A DNA stretch of 64,000 nucleotides, taken from the IMG/VR virus record IMGVR_UViG_3300037961_004118; one strand, written 5' to 3'. Every line of letters starts with the position of its first letter. Position 1 is the first letter of the stretch. Below are positions 38,676 through 47,405 of this stretch, in pieces. The stretch comes from an uncultured virus (IMG/VR IMGVR_UViG_3300037961_004118) (taxonomy: Duplodnaviria; Heunggongvirae; Uroviricota; Caudoviricetes; Kyanoviridae). The position numbers and the translations under genes were made by a program. Under the pieces are notes generated by a model. That model made no database searches. It was not told the origin of the DNA and saw nothing but the letters and a program-made list of their open reading frames with translations.

Positions 38676-39629
38676 ATGTCTTTTGCAAATCTCAAGAAAG
38701 CGTCTGCCGCTGGCAATACCTTTGCCAAGTTGACCAAAGAGATTGATAAACTGAACCAACCTGCTGCTGGTTCTTCTGCTGACGAACGTTTCTGGAAACC
38801 TGAACTCGATAAGTCTGGTAACGGATACGCCGTCATTCGATTCCTTCCTGCTCCCGATGGCGAAGAAATGCCTTGGGCAAAGGTCTGGTCTCACGCATTC
38901 AAGGGTCCTGGTGGGCAGTGGTACATTGAGAACTCTCTCACCACTCTCGGCAAAGATGATCCTGTCGGTGAGATGAATCGTGAACTTTGGAACAGCGGTC
39001 GTGACAGCGACAAGGAGGTCGCTCGCGCACAGAAGCGTAAACTCTCCTACTATGCTAACATCTATGTTGTGAGCGATCCTGCTCACCCTGAAAAAGAAGG
39101 TCAGGTATTTCTCTACAAATTCGGTAAGAAGATCTTCGACAAACTCGTTGAAGCAATGCAACCTGCATTTGCAGACGAGACTCCCATCGATCCGTTCAAC
39201 TTCTGGACTGGTGCTGACTTCAAACTGAAGATCCGCAAGGTCGATGGTTACTGGAACTATGACAAGTCTGAGTTCGCTTCTGCTGGAACTCTGGGTAACT
39301 TTGAGGATGATAAACTGGAAGGTATCTGGAAGCAGGGTTACTCTCTTGCAGAGTTTGAAGATCCTAAGAACTTCAAGTCCTATGAGCAACTTCAAGCACG
39401 TTTGAACTTGGTGCTTGGCAGGTCTGCTGCTGCACGTCCTGTTGATGAGTCCCTTGAGGATGAATCTGAGGGTCGTGGTAGTTTCAATGCTCCTGACATC
39501 ACTCCATCCAACCAACCTGACTGGGGTGCTGAAGTGAAAGACTTCCGATCACAAGCAGTTGCTGCTTCTCCTGTTGAGGAAGAAGAAGACACCCTCTCTT
39601 ACTTTGCCAAACTTGCTGAAGAAGACTGA
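38676..39629 (+). CDS. gp32: Single-stranded DNA-binding protein gp32
   Basis: GNGYAVIRFLP; WYIENSLTT; NYDKSEF; acidic tail. Confidence 0.97.
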   Translation: MSFANLKKASAAGNTFAKLTKEIDKLNQPAAGSSADERFWKPELDKSGNGYAVIRFLPAPDGEEMPWAKVWSHAFKGPGGQWYIENSLTTLGKDDPVGEMNRELWNSGRDSDKEVARAQKRKLSYYANIYVVSDPAHPEKEGQVFLYKFGKKIFDKLVEAMQPAFADETPIDPFNFWTGADFKLKIRKVDGYWNYDKSEFASAGTLGNFEDDKLEGIWKQGYSLAEFEDPKNFKSYEQLQARLNLVLGRSAAARPVDESLEDESEGRGSFNAPDITPSNQPDWGAEVKDFRSQAVAASPVEEEEDTLSYFAKLAEED

Positions 39630-39841
39630 TGATGGAACCTATTACAGTTGAAGATTACAAACTCGTTTCTAACGAGTTCTTTCAGAAATATGATTACGCT
39701 GCCGAGCGTATGGGTCCTGGAAATCACAGGGCAGAAGATGTTCTGAAAGTTATGGAAGCACTCAGTGCTGCCGTGATGAAAGACCGAGTAAAAGATAAGA
39801 TCGGTCCTTTCGGATTCAATAAAGGAGGCAAAAAAGAATGA
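39629..39841 (+). CDS. Hypothetical protein
   Basis: Coupled ORF. Confidence 0.65.
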   Translation: MMEPITVEDYKLVSNEFFQKYDYAAERMGPGNHRAEDVLKVMEALSAAVMKDRVKDKIGPFGFNKGGKKE

Positions 39842-40023
39842 ACCTGCTTGCCCAAGCTCAACTCGACCTGGTAGATGCCTGGAACATGAGTTGGGAAGAG
39901 GGCATCCAGTTTATTATTGTTCTGGTTGCTCTTTACTATACTAAAAAGCGAATTGATTTGTACTTTGCAAAGAAAACTGCTAAAACTACCATATATAAAG
40001 TCAGGTTGGTAGAAGAAAAATGA
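39838..40023 (+). CDS. Small membrane protein
   Basis: GGAGG RBS; single TM. Confidence 0.6.
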   Translation: MNLLAQAQLDLVDAWNMSWEEGIQFIIVLVALYYTKKRIDLYFAKKTAKTTIYKVRLVEEK

Positions 40024-40472
40024 AACTTGCACTTGCAACACTATTAATGTTCTCTGCTCTGCCTGTTGGTGCAGAGAGCATCGGTGATCGATCTAATCGT
40101 CTAGCATATCGATCACAATCTGGATATGCTCGCCAAGAAAAATGCTTCAAGCGAGTCTATCGTGAAGAGTATGTTCCTGGTACATTTCGTAACCCTGGAT
40201 ATGTCAGAACATACAAGAAAAGGGTTGCTGTTCCATGTGAACCTGCAGCAAAGATCTATCATAAGCACCATCATCACCACCATGGTACTAGGGAAGACAG
40301 AATCCAGAGGAAACATCATGATGATAACTCCTGCATCGAAGGTGCAGTTCTTGGTGGCATCGGTGGTGCTGGTATCGGTGCTGCTGCTTCCCGAGGTGAT
40401 GGTCGTCTCTGGGCAATCCCTCTAGGTATTATCGGAGGCAGCATGGTTGGATGTCAAATCGATGGAGGCTAA
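40020..40472 (+). CDS. Exported His-rich glycine-zipper protein
   Basis: Signal peptide; HKHHHHHH; GAVLGGIGGAGIG zipper. Confidence 0.7.
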   Translation: MKLALATLLMFSALPVGAESIGDRSNRLAYRSQSGYARQEKCFKRVYREEYVPGTFRNPGYVRTYKKRVAVPCEPAAKIYHKHHHHHHGTREDRIQRKHHDDNSCIEGAVLGGIGGAGIGAAASRGDGRLWAIPLGIIGGSMVGCQIDGG

Positions 40473-40525
40473 ACCAAAATCGACTTTTGATTTCCCAAAA
40501 GGGGCAAAAAAAATCCCGCCAAAAA

Positions 40526-40717
40526 TTACGTCTCTAAGGTTTTTTCCAGAATAATCCTAAACAAGTTATCTTTCATTCTGTAAAGTGCTTCTTGTTCTTC
40601 TGGATGACCTCCAGGCCATTTCTCTAGATGAAAACAGACGGACCTGTACATAAGTGCAAGTCCGTCTTTTGTTATGCTCATATCAATAATATCGTCTGGA
40701 TCAATACCCTCCACCAT
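40526..40717 (-). CDS. Hypothetical protein
   Basis: EKWPGGHPEEQEAL motif. Confidence 0.6.
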   Translation of the reverse strand: MVEGIDPDDIIDMSITKDGLALMYRSVCFHLEKWPGGHPEEQEALYRMKDNLFRIILEKTLET

Positions 40718-41687
40718 AACCTCCTGGTGATGGACTCGGAGAAGGACTAGGAGAAGGAGAAGGAGAGGGTGAAGGACTTGGAGAAGGTGAGGGACTTGGC
40801 GAAGGCGAAGGTGAGGGACTTGGTGAAGGACTTGGAGAGGGACTAGGCGAAGGAGAAGATGCTGCTGAGGTTGTAGTTGTTGTAGTTGTAGAAGCAACTG
40901 CTGTACCACCTGATCCTGTGACTACACCCGCTGTTGCTCCACCAGAGGATGATGGACCATAGTCGAATGACGTAGCACCAGTTCCAGCAGCACTAAACTC
41001 AATAACAGAAATACTACCCTGAGCACTTGCAATGTTGTCGAGGAACTTAGCAGCAATATTGAGAGGTGTCTTTTTATTACCCTTTTTATCCAATTCAGGG
41101 TGAGGCAAGTATCTAACAAGAGTCTCAAACTCTTCAATAATTTTATCCAACATTGTAGGAGTTGGAATTAGAATTTGTCTCTTTTTCTCGTTTACAAACT
41201 GCTCATGCTCATAATTTGTGATAGGAATTCTTGAATCTTCAGGACCTAAAGTAGTACCATCAGGAAGAATCGTTCTATAATCTACATTAACTTCAATACC
41301 TTCAGGTACATAGACTGAACCATCAGAAAGTCTTGCTTCTTGCGTTTCATAGTGGTGAACAGCATCAGTATCACCATATTTTTCTAAAATAAACTCAAAG
41401 AGATCATTATCTCTCTTTGGCCAGTCATCATATGGATCAATAACGTTATTAATAAGAAGGATAACCCAATCTAAGGTTCCTTCAGAAAAGAATTTACGAG
41501 CAAGACTTTCTGGTGTTTCACCATCTCTAATTGAATATGCTTCAAACAGCGTGCTATATTGTGCTAGATCTTCTCTAGACTTAACACGTCTGAAAATATT
41601 TTTTACTAGGCGATACTTAAAGTTCTCGTCATCTGAAATGCCTTCACCGACGTATACCTTTGGAAAATAAGAAAAATAACCTGCCAT
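40701..41687 (-). CDS. gp53: Baseplate wedge subunit gp53 with Ser-Pro tail
   Basis: YFSYFP; IRDGETPESLA..WVILLIN; HHYET. Confidence 0.9.
   Translation of the reverse strand: MAGYFSYFPKVYVGEGISDDENFKYRLVKNIFRRVKSREDLAQYSTLFEAYSIRDGETPESLARKFFSEGTLDWVILLINNVIDPYDDWPKRDNDLFEFILEKYGDTDAVHHYETQEARLSDGSVYVPEGIEVNVDYRTILPDGTTLGPEDSRIPITNYEHEQFVNEKKRQILIPTPTMLDKIIEEFETLVRYLPHPELDKKGNKKTPLNIAAKFLDNIASAQGSISVIEFSAAGTGATSFDYGPSSSGGATAGVVTGSGGTAVASTTTTTTTSAASSPSPSPSPSPSPSPSPSPSPSPSPSPSPSPSPSPSPSPSPSPSPGGYGGGY
40725..40856 (-). repeat. About 22 Ser-Pro dipeptide repeats
   Basis: Hexamer periodicity with varied codons. Confidence 0.9.
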
Positions 41688-42664
41688 TAGAAACCTCTTG
41701 CAATATCTCCTTGAGAAATCATTCTAGTCTCGGTAAATGCTAGAGACAATTGAATAGCGGGGACTTGAACCATCTCCCCAGTGATGTTTTTAAATGATGT
41801 ATATTGACCATCTGGTGTATAGTTCACTTGAACTCCAGTGCAAACTGAAGTATGAATTTTGAAGTGCATACTACCAAATCCGTCAGCATCTTCAGAAAGA
41901 GTTCCATCTGGACTCATCCTTACGAATTTGATATTGAATTTATCAGGCACTTCCATAAATCTGTTTCTAGAGGCAACACTACCTGCTCCACTTGAATCAT
42001 CGCCAAATTCACCTGAAATATCATTTGCTCCTCCTCCCCCAATAATAGGAACAGCACCACCTTTGATATATGATATAATACGCTTAATTTCTCTTGCTTC
42101 TTCCATGCTGCGAGACAGCATCTTAAAGTTAAACTGGTGTGTTCTAAATGACATGTTACTGAAAACCTGTTCAGTAAATGGGTTGAACACCTTTCCTTTT
42201 GAAATTGCTAGTAAAGAATTGGAATCAACGTTACCTTGTAAACCTAAGGCACTATTGATACCACTTGCTGCTTGAGCAATAGTAGACATCGCAAATTCTG
42301 GTAATGCATCAACAGCAGCACCTTGAATTGTTCCCGCAAGTGTGTTTATATCAGCAGTAACGCCACCAGCAACCGCACTAGCTGCCATAACACCTGTGAC
42401 ACCCATATCAACCTGTCTATATGCTGGGCTGTATGAAGTATTCAGTTGATTTGGCATTGCTATATAACACATGTCAGGATTCAAAACCCTGTCAATGCTG
42501 TTATTAGGCAAGTTCTCACCATAGTATCTAACCTCGCCGTCAGCATAGTTGATCCTATTACGACGCAGCATAATGTAATCCGTTGCTTCTGTGGGAGCAT
42601 TGGCGTCATAATTGCCCTGACTGGTTGGTACAGGGGGTCTGAGCGGGTATCTATAAACAGTCAA
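41687..42664 (-). CDS. gp48: Baseplate tail-tube cap gp48
   Basis: NPFTEQVF..FRTHQFNFKM; VNYTPDG; LAFTE. Confidence 0.85.
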   Translation of the reverse strand: MTVYRYPLRPPVPTSQGNYDANAPTEATDYIMLRRNRINYADGEVRYYGENLPNNSIDRVLNPDMCYIAMPNQLNTSYSPAYRQVDMGVTGVMAASAVAGGVTADINTLAGTIQGAAVDALPEFAMSTIAQAASGINSALGLQGNVDSNSLLAISKGKVFNPFTEQVFSNMSFRTHQFNFKMLSRSMEEAREIKRIISYIKGGAVPIIGGGGANDISGEFGDDSSGAGSVASRNRFMEVPDKFNIKFVRMSPDGTLSEDADGFGSMHFKIHTSVCTGVQVNYTPDGQYTSFKNITGEMVQVPAIQLSLAFTETRMISQGDIARGF

Positions 42665-42672
42665 TTTACTAC

Positions 42673-42703
42673 CTAAATACTATGTGACCTTTATGTATTT
42701 ATG
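42673..42703. promoter_or_regulatory. Back-to-back late promoters between divergent gp48 and gp4
   Basis: CTAAATA on + strand and TATTTATG (CATAAATA on - strand). Confidence 0.6.
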
Positions 42704-43120
42704 AGATATCAAGGTAAGTACCGAGTATCATTCCCTAGGAAGTACAAAGGAGACCCTAGGAACGTCATTTACAGGTCATCCTGGGAGTATAAATTCATGA
42801 AATGGTGTGATATTACACCATCTGTTGAAGAATGGGGTAGTGAAGAAATTATTATTCCATATACATCTCCTGTTGATGGAAAACGACATCGATACTTTCC
42901 AGACTTCTATGTCAAAATTGGCAAAAAGAAGTACCTAGTTGAAGTCAAACCATTTAAACAAACGAAGGAACCTAAAACCCAGAAAAGACACACGAAACGA
43001 TATATCAATGAAGTTGTGACATATGCTGTAAACCAAGCAAAGTGGAAAGCAGCAACTGAATTTTGTGTAGATAATGGATGGGAGTTTATGTTAATCACAG
43101 AAAAGGAACTTAAAATCTAA
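42701..43120 (+). CDS. gp4: Head completion nuclease gp4
   Basis: KYKGDP..YRSSWE; RYFPDF; EVKP; NQAKW. Confidence 0.92.
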   Translation: MRYQGKYRVSFPRKYKGDPRNVIYRSSWEYKFMKWCDITPSVEEWGSEEIIIPYTSPVDGKRHRYFPDFYVKIGKKKYLVEVKPFKQTKEPKTQKRHTKRYINEVVTYAVNQAKWKAATEFCVDNGWEFMLITEKELKI

Positions 43121-43911
43121 TGGGTATTCCAAATCCGCAAGCTGCCAGTTATAACTCACTCCAAAGATTCATTTCTGTATTCAAACAGGAAGATACGTTT
43201 GTTGCGACTACTAATCTATATTCAGTTCACTTTTCACCCCCAAGAATTCTGTTACCATCTACTCAGTTTGGAGGTGGTACACAAGGTAATACGTTCAACC
43301 CAAACTCAGGTGAACTTAGAGATCTCTTAGACTATTATGCTAAGAGTGTTAACCTACCCAGCAAACAAGTTACAACTGGTCAAATTACAGATGTAGGTTC
43401 TGCTGTCAAGTATGCAACAAACGCTGCTTTTAGTCAAATCAATATTACGTTTCAAATTCCCAGATCTCAATATACTAGAAACTTCTTTGAGCGTTGGATT
43501 TCAAAGATGACTAACGATGCTAATCAATATACAGACTTCTATCAGGACTATTGCTGTCCTACTTTGATGATATATAAATGGGAACGTGGTGGTGGAGAAA
43601 GACTTCCACTCCCTCCAGAGTTGGCGCGTAGAGCACAGCAGCAAAATCAGAGACCACTATTTGCCAGGAAAAACTCACTGACTGCGGCATGGGAACTCAG
43701 AAATGTTTTCCCATATAATATCGGATCTATTCAACTTAGTTCTGATGAGGCAAGAGTGATGGAACTGCAAGTGGGATTCTATTACGAGAGATATAGATTC
43801 TTCACGCAAGATAAATTCGATGATCCTGGTGTTGAACAAGATATCACAGTTTCTTCCGAAGGTCTTGATAACAATACTGATCCTAGTACGGATAGAAATA
43901 CAACTGTCTGA
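43120..43911 (+). CDS. Tail-tube-like baseplate protein (gp54-like)
   Basis: SVNLPSKQ; FFERW; LRNVFPYNIG; synteny. Confidence 0.6.
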   Translation: MGIPNPQAASYNSLQRFISVFKQEDTFVATTNLYSVHFSPPRILLPSTQFGGGTQGNTFNPNSGELRDLLDYYAKSVNLPSKQVTTGQITDVGSAVKYATNAAFSQINITFQIPRSQYTRNFFERWISKMTNDANQYTDFYQDYCCPTLMIYKWERGGGERLPLPPELARRAQQQNQRPLFARKNSLTAAWELRNVFPYNIGSIQLSSDEARVMELQVGFYYERYRFFTQDKFDDPGVEQDITVSSEGLDNNTDPSTDRNTTV

Positions 43912-43946
43912 TACTCTCCTAAATAAAATTACTGAATTGAATTTCT

Positions 43947-44660
43947 ATGGCATTACCTAAGTTAAACACCCCAAAATATAAACTAAAACTGCCTTCTGAT
44001 GGCAGACCTGTGAATTTTAGACCATTTCTAGTAAAAGAAGAAAAACTTCTTCTCCTTGCAACTGAAACGGGGGAACAGGCAGATATCATTCAAGCAATTA
44101 AAGATATCATCACTGCCTGCACTGACGTGAAAGATGTTGATAAGTTAGCGACATTTGATATCGAATATCTGTTCCTGCAGATTCGTACAAAGTCTGTCGG
44201 TGAAAATGTAGATGTCCGTGTGACATGCACAGATGACAATGAAACAGAAGTTGATGTTTCTATTCCTCTTGATGAAATCAAAGTAATCAAGAACAAGGAC
44301 CATAAGAGAGAAATCAAACTTTCTGACGATATCATGGTTACTATGGGATATCCTAGTCTTGATATGTTTGTCAAGATGAACTTCACTGACGATAATGTTA
44401 GTCAGGTCGATCAAATCTTTGAAATGGCATCTAGTTGCATCGAATCTATTGCAGATCCTAATCAGATCTACGAGTGTGCTGATGTACCTAAGTCTGAACT
44501 GGTTGAGTTCTTTGATCAACTCAACAGCAAGCAGTTTCAGATGATTCAAACTTTCTTTGAAACGATGCCTAAGTTGTCTCATACAGTTGAGGTTACAAAC
44601 CCCAACACTAAGAAGAAGACGAAGGTTCTACTTGAGGGATTAGCGAGTTTTTTCGCATAG
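43947..44660 (+). CDS. gp26: Baseplate hub assembly chaperone gp26
   Basis: MALPKLNTP..FRPFLVKEEK; FDIEYLFLQIR.KSVGE. Confidence 0.92.
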   Translation: MALPKLNTPKYKLKLPSDGRPVNFRPFLVKEEKLLLLATETGEQADIIQAIKDIITACTDVKDVDKLATFDIEYLFLQIRTKSVGENVDVRVTCTDDNETEVDVSIPLDEIKVIKNKDHKREIKLSDDIMVTMGYPSLDMFVKMNFTDDNVSQVDQIFEMASSCIESIADPNQIYECADVPKSELVEFFDQLNSKQFQMIQTFFETMPKLSHTVEVTNPNTKKKTKVLLEGLASFFA

Positions 44661-44848
44661 CCCTCCTTCACAATAATCTTCGTGCTTACTATGAGGGCAA
44701 CTTCGCCCTTATGCATCATCATAAGTGGAATATTGAGCATATTGATAACCTAATGCCATGGGAGAAAGAAATCTACGTCAATATGCTAATCCATTTCCTA
44801 AAAGAAGAAGAAAAACGAATGAAGGAGCAACAAGCAGCAGGTGGCTAA
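44648..44848 (+). CDS. gp51: gp51-like baseplate hub assembly segment, in the -1 frame of gp26
   Basis: FFRIALLHNNLRAYYEGNFALMHHHKWNIEHIDNLMPWEKEIYV. Confidence 0.8.
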   Translation, partial: FFRIALLHNNLRAYYEGNFALMHHHKWNIEHIDNLMPWEKEIYVNMLIHFLKEEEKRMKEQQAAGG

Positions 44849-47405
44849 ATTACAAACATATAAGTTCGTAAATCCTGGAGTCTCGTCCGTAAAGTCTCCT
44901 GCTGTTGGTGCTGTCAGAAAACAAACTTTAGCAATTAACCGCTTAGGTCAGTCGGTTAGTAGTATTCAAGCAACATTTTATAATCTGAATGCTATTGCAA
45001 TTGCTAGTCAGAAATTAGAAGACGCTGAAGAGATAAAAGAACGCAGACGAAAGCGTAGAGAAGCAGACGCTGCCGCTGAAGAAGCGCAAGAGGTAGGTAA
45101 GTTAGAAAAGGGTAGAAAGAAAGAAAAACCCAACGCAAAACTGAAGAAAAAAGGCAAAGGTCTTTTTGGTGATATTTTAGGTAAATTTCTTGGTCCTATT
45201 GGTGATCTGTTTCTGCGAATCGCAGCAATTGGTCTTATATCAGAAACACTGAAATGGATCGGTGATGAGGAAAATAAAGAAAAATTAGTCACATTCCTAG
45301 AGAAGACAAAGTTTGTCTTTGATAAGTTATTTGGATTTGCATCAGCATTAGTTGGGACATTCTTAGACGGATTCTCAGCACTGATGGATCCCAATGGAGA
45401 CTTCATCAGTAAAATTACAGGTCTCGGTAAACTATTAGTAGGTATCATCGGATTACGATATCTGATGAATCCGTTTGCATTGATTGGGGATATCCTCGGT
45501 CTAATTGACATGCTCGATAGTGATCCTGGAATGGATCCAGATGTAGATCCTAAGACAAAAGTAAAACCAAGACCGACTGATGCTAAACTTAAGAAGATGG
45601 GTCTCAACCCAGATCAAATTAAGGAATATAATAGGTTAAGGGATGCTGGCGAGGGTGCAACAGATGCTCTCAGACAAGCAAAGAAATTCAAAGCACCACG
45701 CAAAGGTCTTTTTGGTGCCCTCCAAAATGCTGGAGATGCTATTGGTGGTACATTAAGATCTGGTGCAGACTTTGCTGTTGAGCAAGGCACCAGATTTAAA
45801 GATTTTCTTATAAATCAGGCGAAACAAAAATATAAAAACCTTAGTGAAGCTGCTATCAACGCTTACGCCAACCTGAGCAAAGAGGCTCGTAAAAGGTGGG
45901 AGCAGATGGTGGAATTCACCCAAATGGCGAAGAAAAAGGGTGCTCAATTTGCGAATGGATTAGGTGATAAGGTAAACAAAGCAGGCGATTGGGTCGGTGG
46001 AAAGTTAACTAGTGCAGGTGAGAATCTTAAGCGTATCGCTATTGATAAGGTTATTGATCCTGTCAGAAAATTTATTGACCCTATTGTAAAGCAGGTCAAA
46101 AACATTGGCGATGGTGTCATGCAGACCATCCTCAAGTCTCCTGCTGGTGCTGCTGTAGAAACTGCACTGAAGAAAAAAGGATATTCTATCACAAAACCTG
46201 GTCCTCTTGCAAAGAAGATCGGTGGTAAAGCACTGCCTGTCATTGGTGGTATTCTGAATGCATTATTTGCATATGATAGATTCCAAAGTGGAGACGTTGT
46301 AGGTGGACTGATTGAAGCATTATCTGGTGCATTTGATATTTCTGGTCTATTTGGTTTTGCTCCTGGTCCTGCAATCTCTCTGGGCATTGATGCTTACATG
46401 TTTGCTCGTGACTTAGTTCCTGGCATTCAGGAGTTTGAGACTGGTCTCGTAGATGCCATTCCTGGAATGAAGTCTCTCAGACCAAAAATCGAGGGATTTG
46501 CTAAAGGATTACCTCCACTTGGTAGTCTGTTCAATATTTTCGGCGGTGAAGGAGATCTTGACAAACAGGATGCAGGCGAGTATACTAACACTGAAGAGGG
46601 TTCAAGGGAAGATCCAGTACCTGGCCAACAGCCTCAGGAAATGTTCTTGGGTGGTGTTGTTAAGGGTATCAGTAAAGCAGTTGGTGGTATTGGTAAGACT
46701 ATTGGTAAGATTGCAAGTAATCCTTTAGTTCAAACTGCTGCATCATTCATTCCTGGTGCTGCTCCTATCATGGGAGCTATCAACATGGGTATGGGACTGA
46801 TGTCTGGTAATCCTATGTCAATGCTAGGATCTATTGGAGGCATGATTCCTGGACTTGGTGGCATGATGGGTGGTATTGGAAATGCCATTGGTGGATTTAT
46901 GAATAGTCCACTGGGTCAAATTGGTAGTTCATTACTGGGTGGCAACTTTGGTGCTGCTGCTAGTGCTGCAATGGGTATGATTCCTGGTGCTCAGCAATTT
47001 GGTGGAGCGGTTTCTAACTTTATCAATAGTGGATTTAATCCTATTGCTGGTATCACTGGTCTTGCAGATACATTTGGCATGGGTGGTATCATGAAGAGCG
47101 TCACTGGTATGATGGGTGCTGGTCCTGCAGGTATGATGAGCGGGATGACTGAAATTGCTGGTGAACTTGGAGTAGATCCTGAAGCACTTGGTGTTGTAAA
47201 ACAAGTATCGTCTCAGGCATCAAAAGTATTAGGTAAAGATGGAATATCTGCACAAATGATAATGCAACAGGCGATGGAATTTGTTCCTGTGCCTGTAGTT
47301 GTAGAGAAGTTTATGCCTATGCCACAACCAGTGCCCATAAATACAGGTGGTGCAGCAGGTGTTGTTTCCGCTGGAGCATCTGGTCTCAATTCTAGAATGA
47401 ACTAA
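44841..47405 (+). CDS. Tape-measure/baseplate-hub-like protein
   Basis: Long helical and G/M-rich amphipathic repeats after gp26/51. Confidence 0.6.
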   Translation: MAKLQTYKFVNPGVSSVKSPAVGAVRKQTLAINRLGQSVSSIQATFYNLNAIAIASQKLEDAEEIKERRRKRREADAAAEEAQEVGKLEKGRKKEKPNAKLKKKGKGLFGDILGKFLGPIGDLFLRIAAIGLISETLKWIGDEENKEKLVTFLEKTKFVFDKLFGFASALVGTFLDGFSALMDPNGDFISKITGLGKLLVGIIGLRYLMNPFALIGDILGLIDMLDSDPGMDPDVDPKTKVKPRPTDAKLKKMGLNPDQIKEYNRLRDAGEGATDALRQAKKFKAPRKGLFGALQNAGDAIGGTLRSGADFAVEQGTRFKDFLINQAKQKYKNLSEAAINAYANLSKEARKRWEQMVEFTQMAKKKGAQFANGLGDKVNKAGDWVGGKLTSAGENLKRIAIDKVIDPVRKFIDPIVKQVKNIGDGVMQTILKSPAGAAVETALKKKGYSITKPGPLAKKIGGKALPVIGGILNALFAYDRFQSGDVVGGLIEALSGAFDISGLFGFAPGPAISLGIDAYMFARDLVPGIQEFETGLVDAIPGMKSLRPKIEGFAKGLPPLGSLFNIFGGEGDLDKQDAGEYTNTEEGSREDPVPGQQPQEMFLGGVVKGISKAVGGIGKTIGKIASNPLVQTAASFIPGAAPIMGAINMGMGLMSGNPMSMLGSIGGMIPGLGGMMGGIGNAIGGFMNSPLGQIGSSLLGGNFGAAASAAMGMIPGAQQFGGAVSNFINSGFNPIAGITGLADTFGMGGIMKSVTGMMGAGPAGMMSGMTEIAGELGVDPEALGVVKQVSSQASKVLGKDGISAQMIMQQAMEFVPVPVVVEKFMPMPQPVPINTGGAAGVVSAGASGLNSRMN

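Noticed and set aside
40473..40525. Possible origin or terminator at the convergent junction
   Set aside because: Only weak inverted repeats and A-tracts; function cannot be supported
40526..40909. 127-aa L/Q/H-rich ORF on the minus strand
   Set aside because: The 5' part is an off-frame read of the gp53 Ser-Pro repeat; the likely gene is 40526-40717
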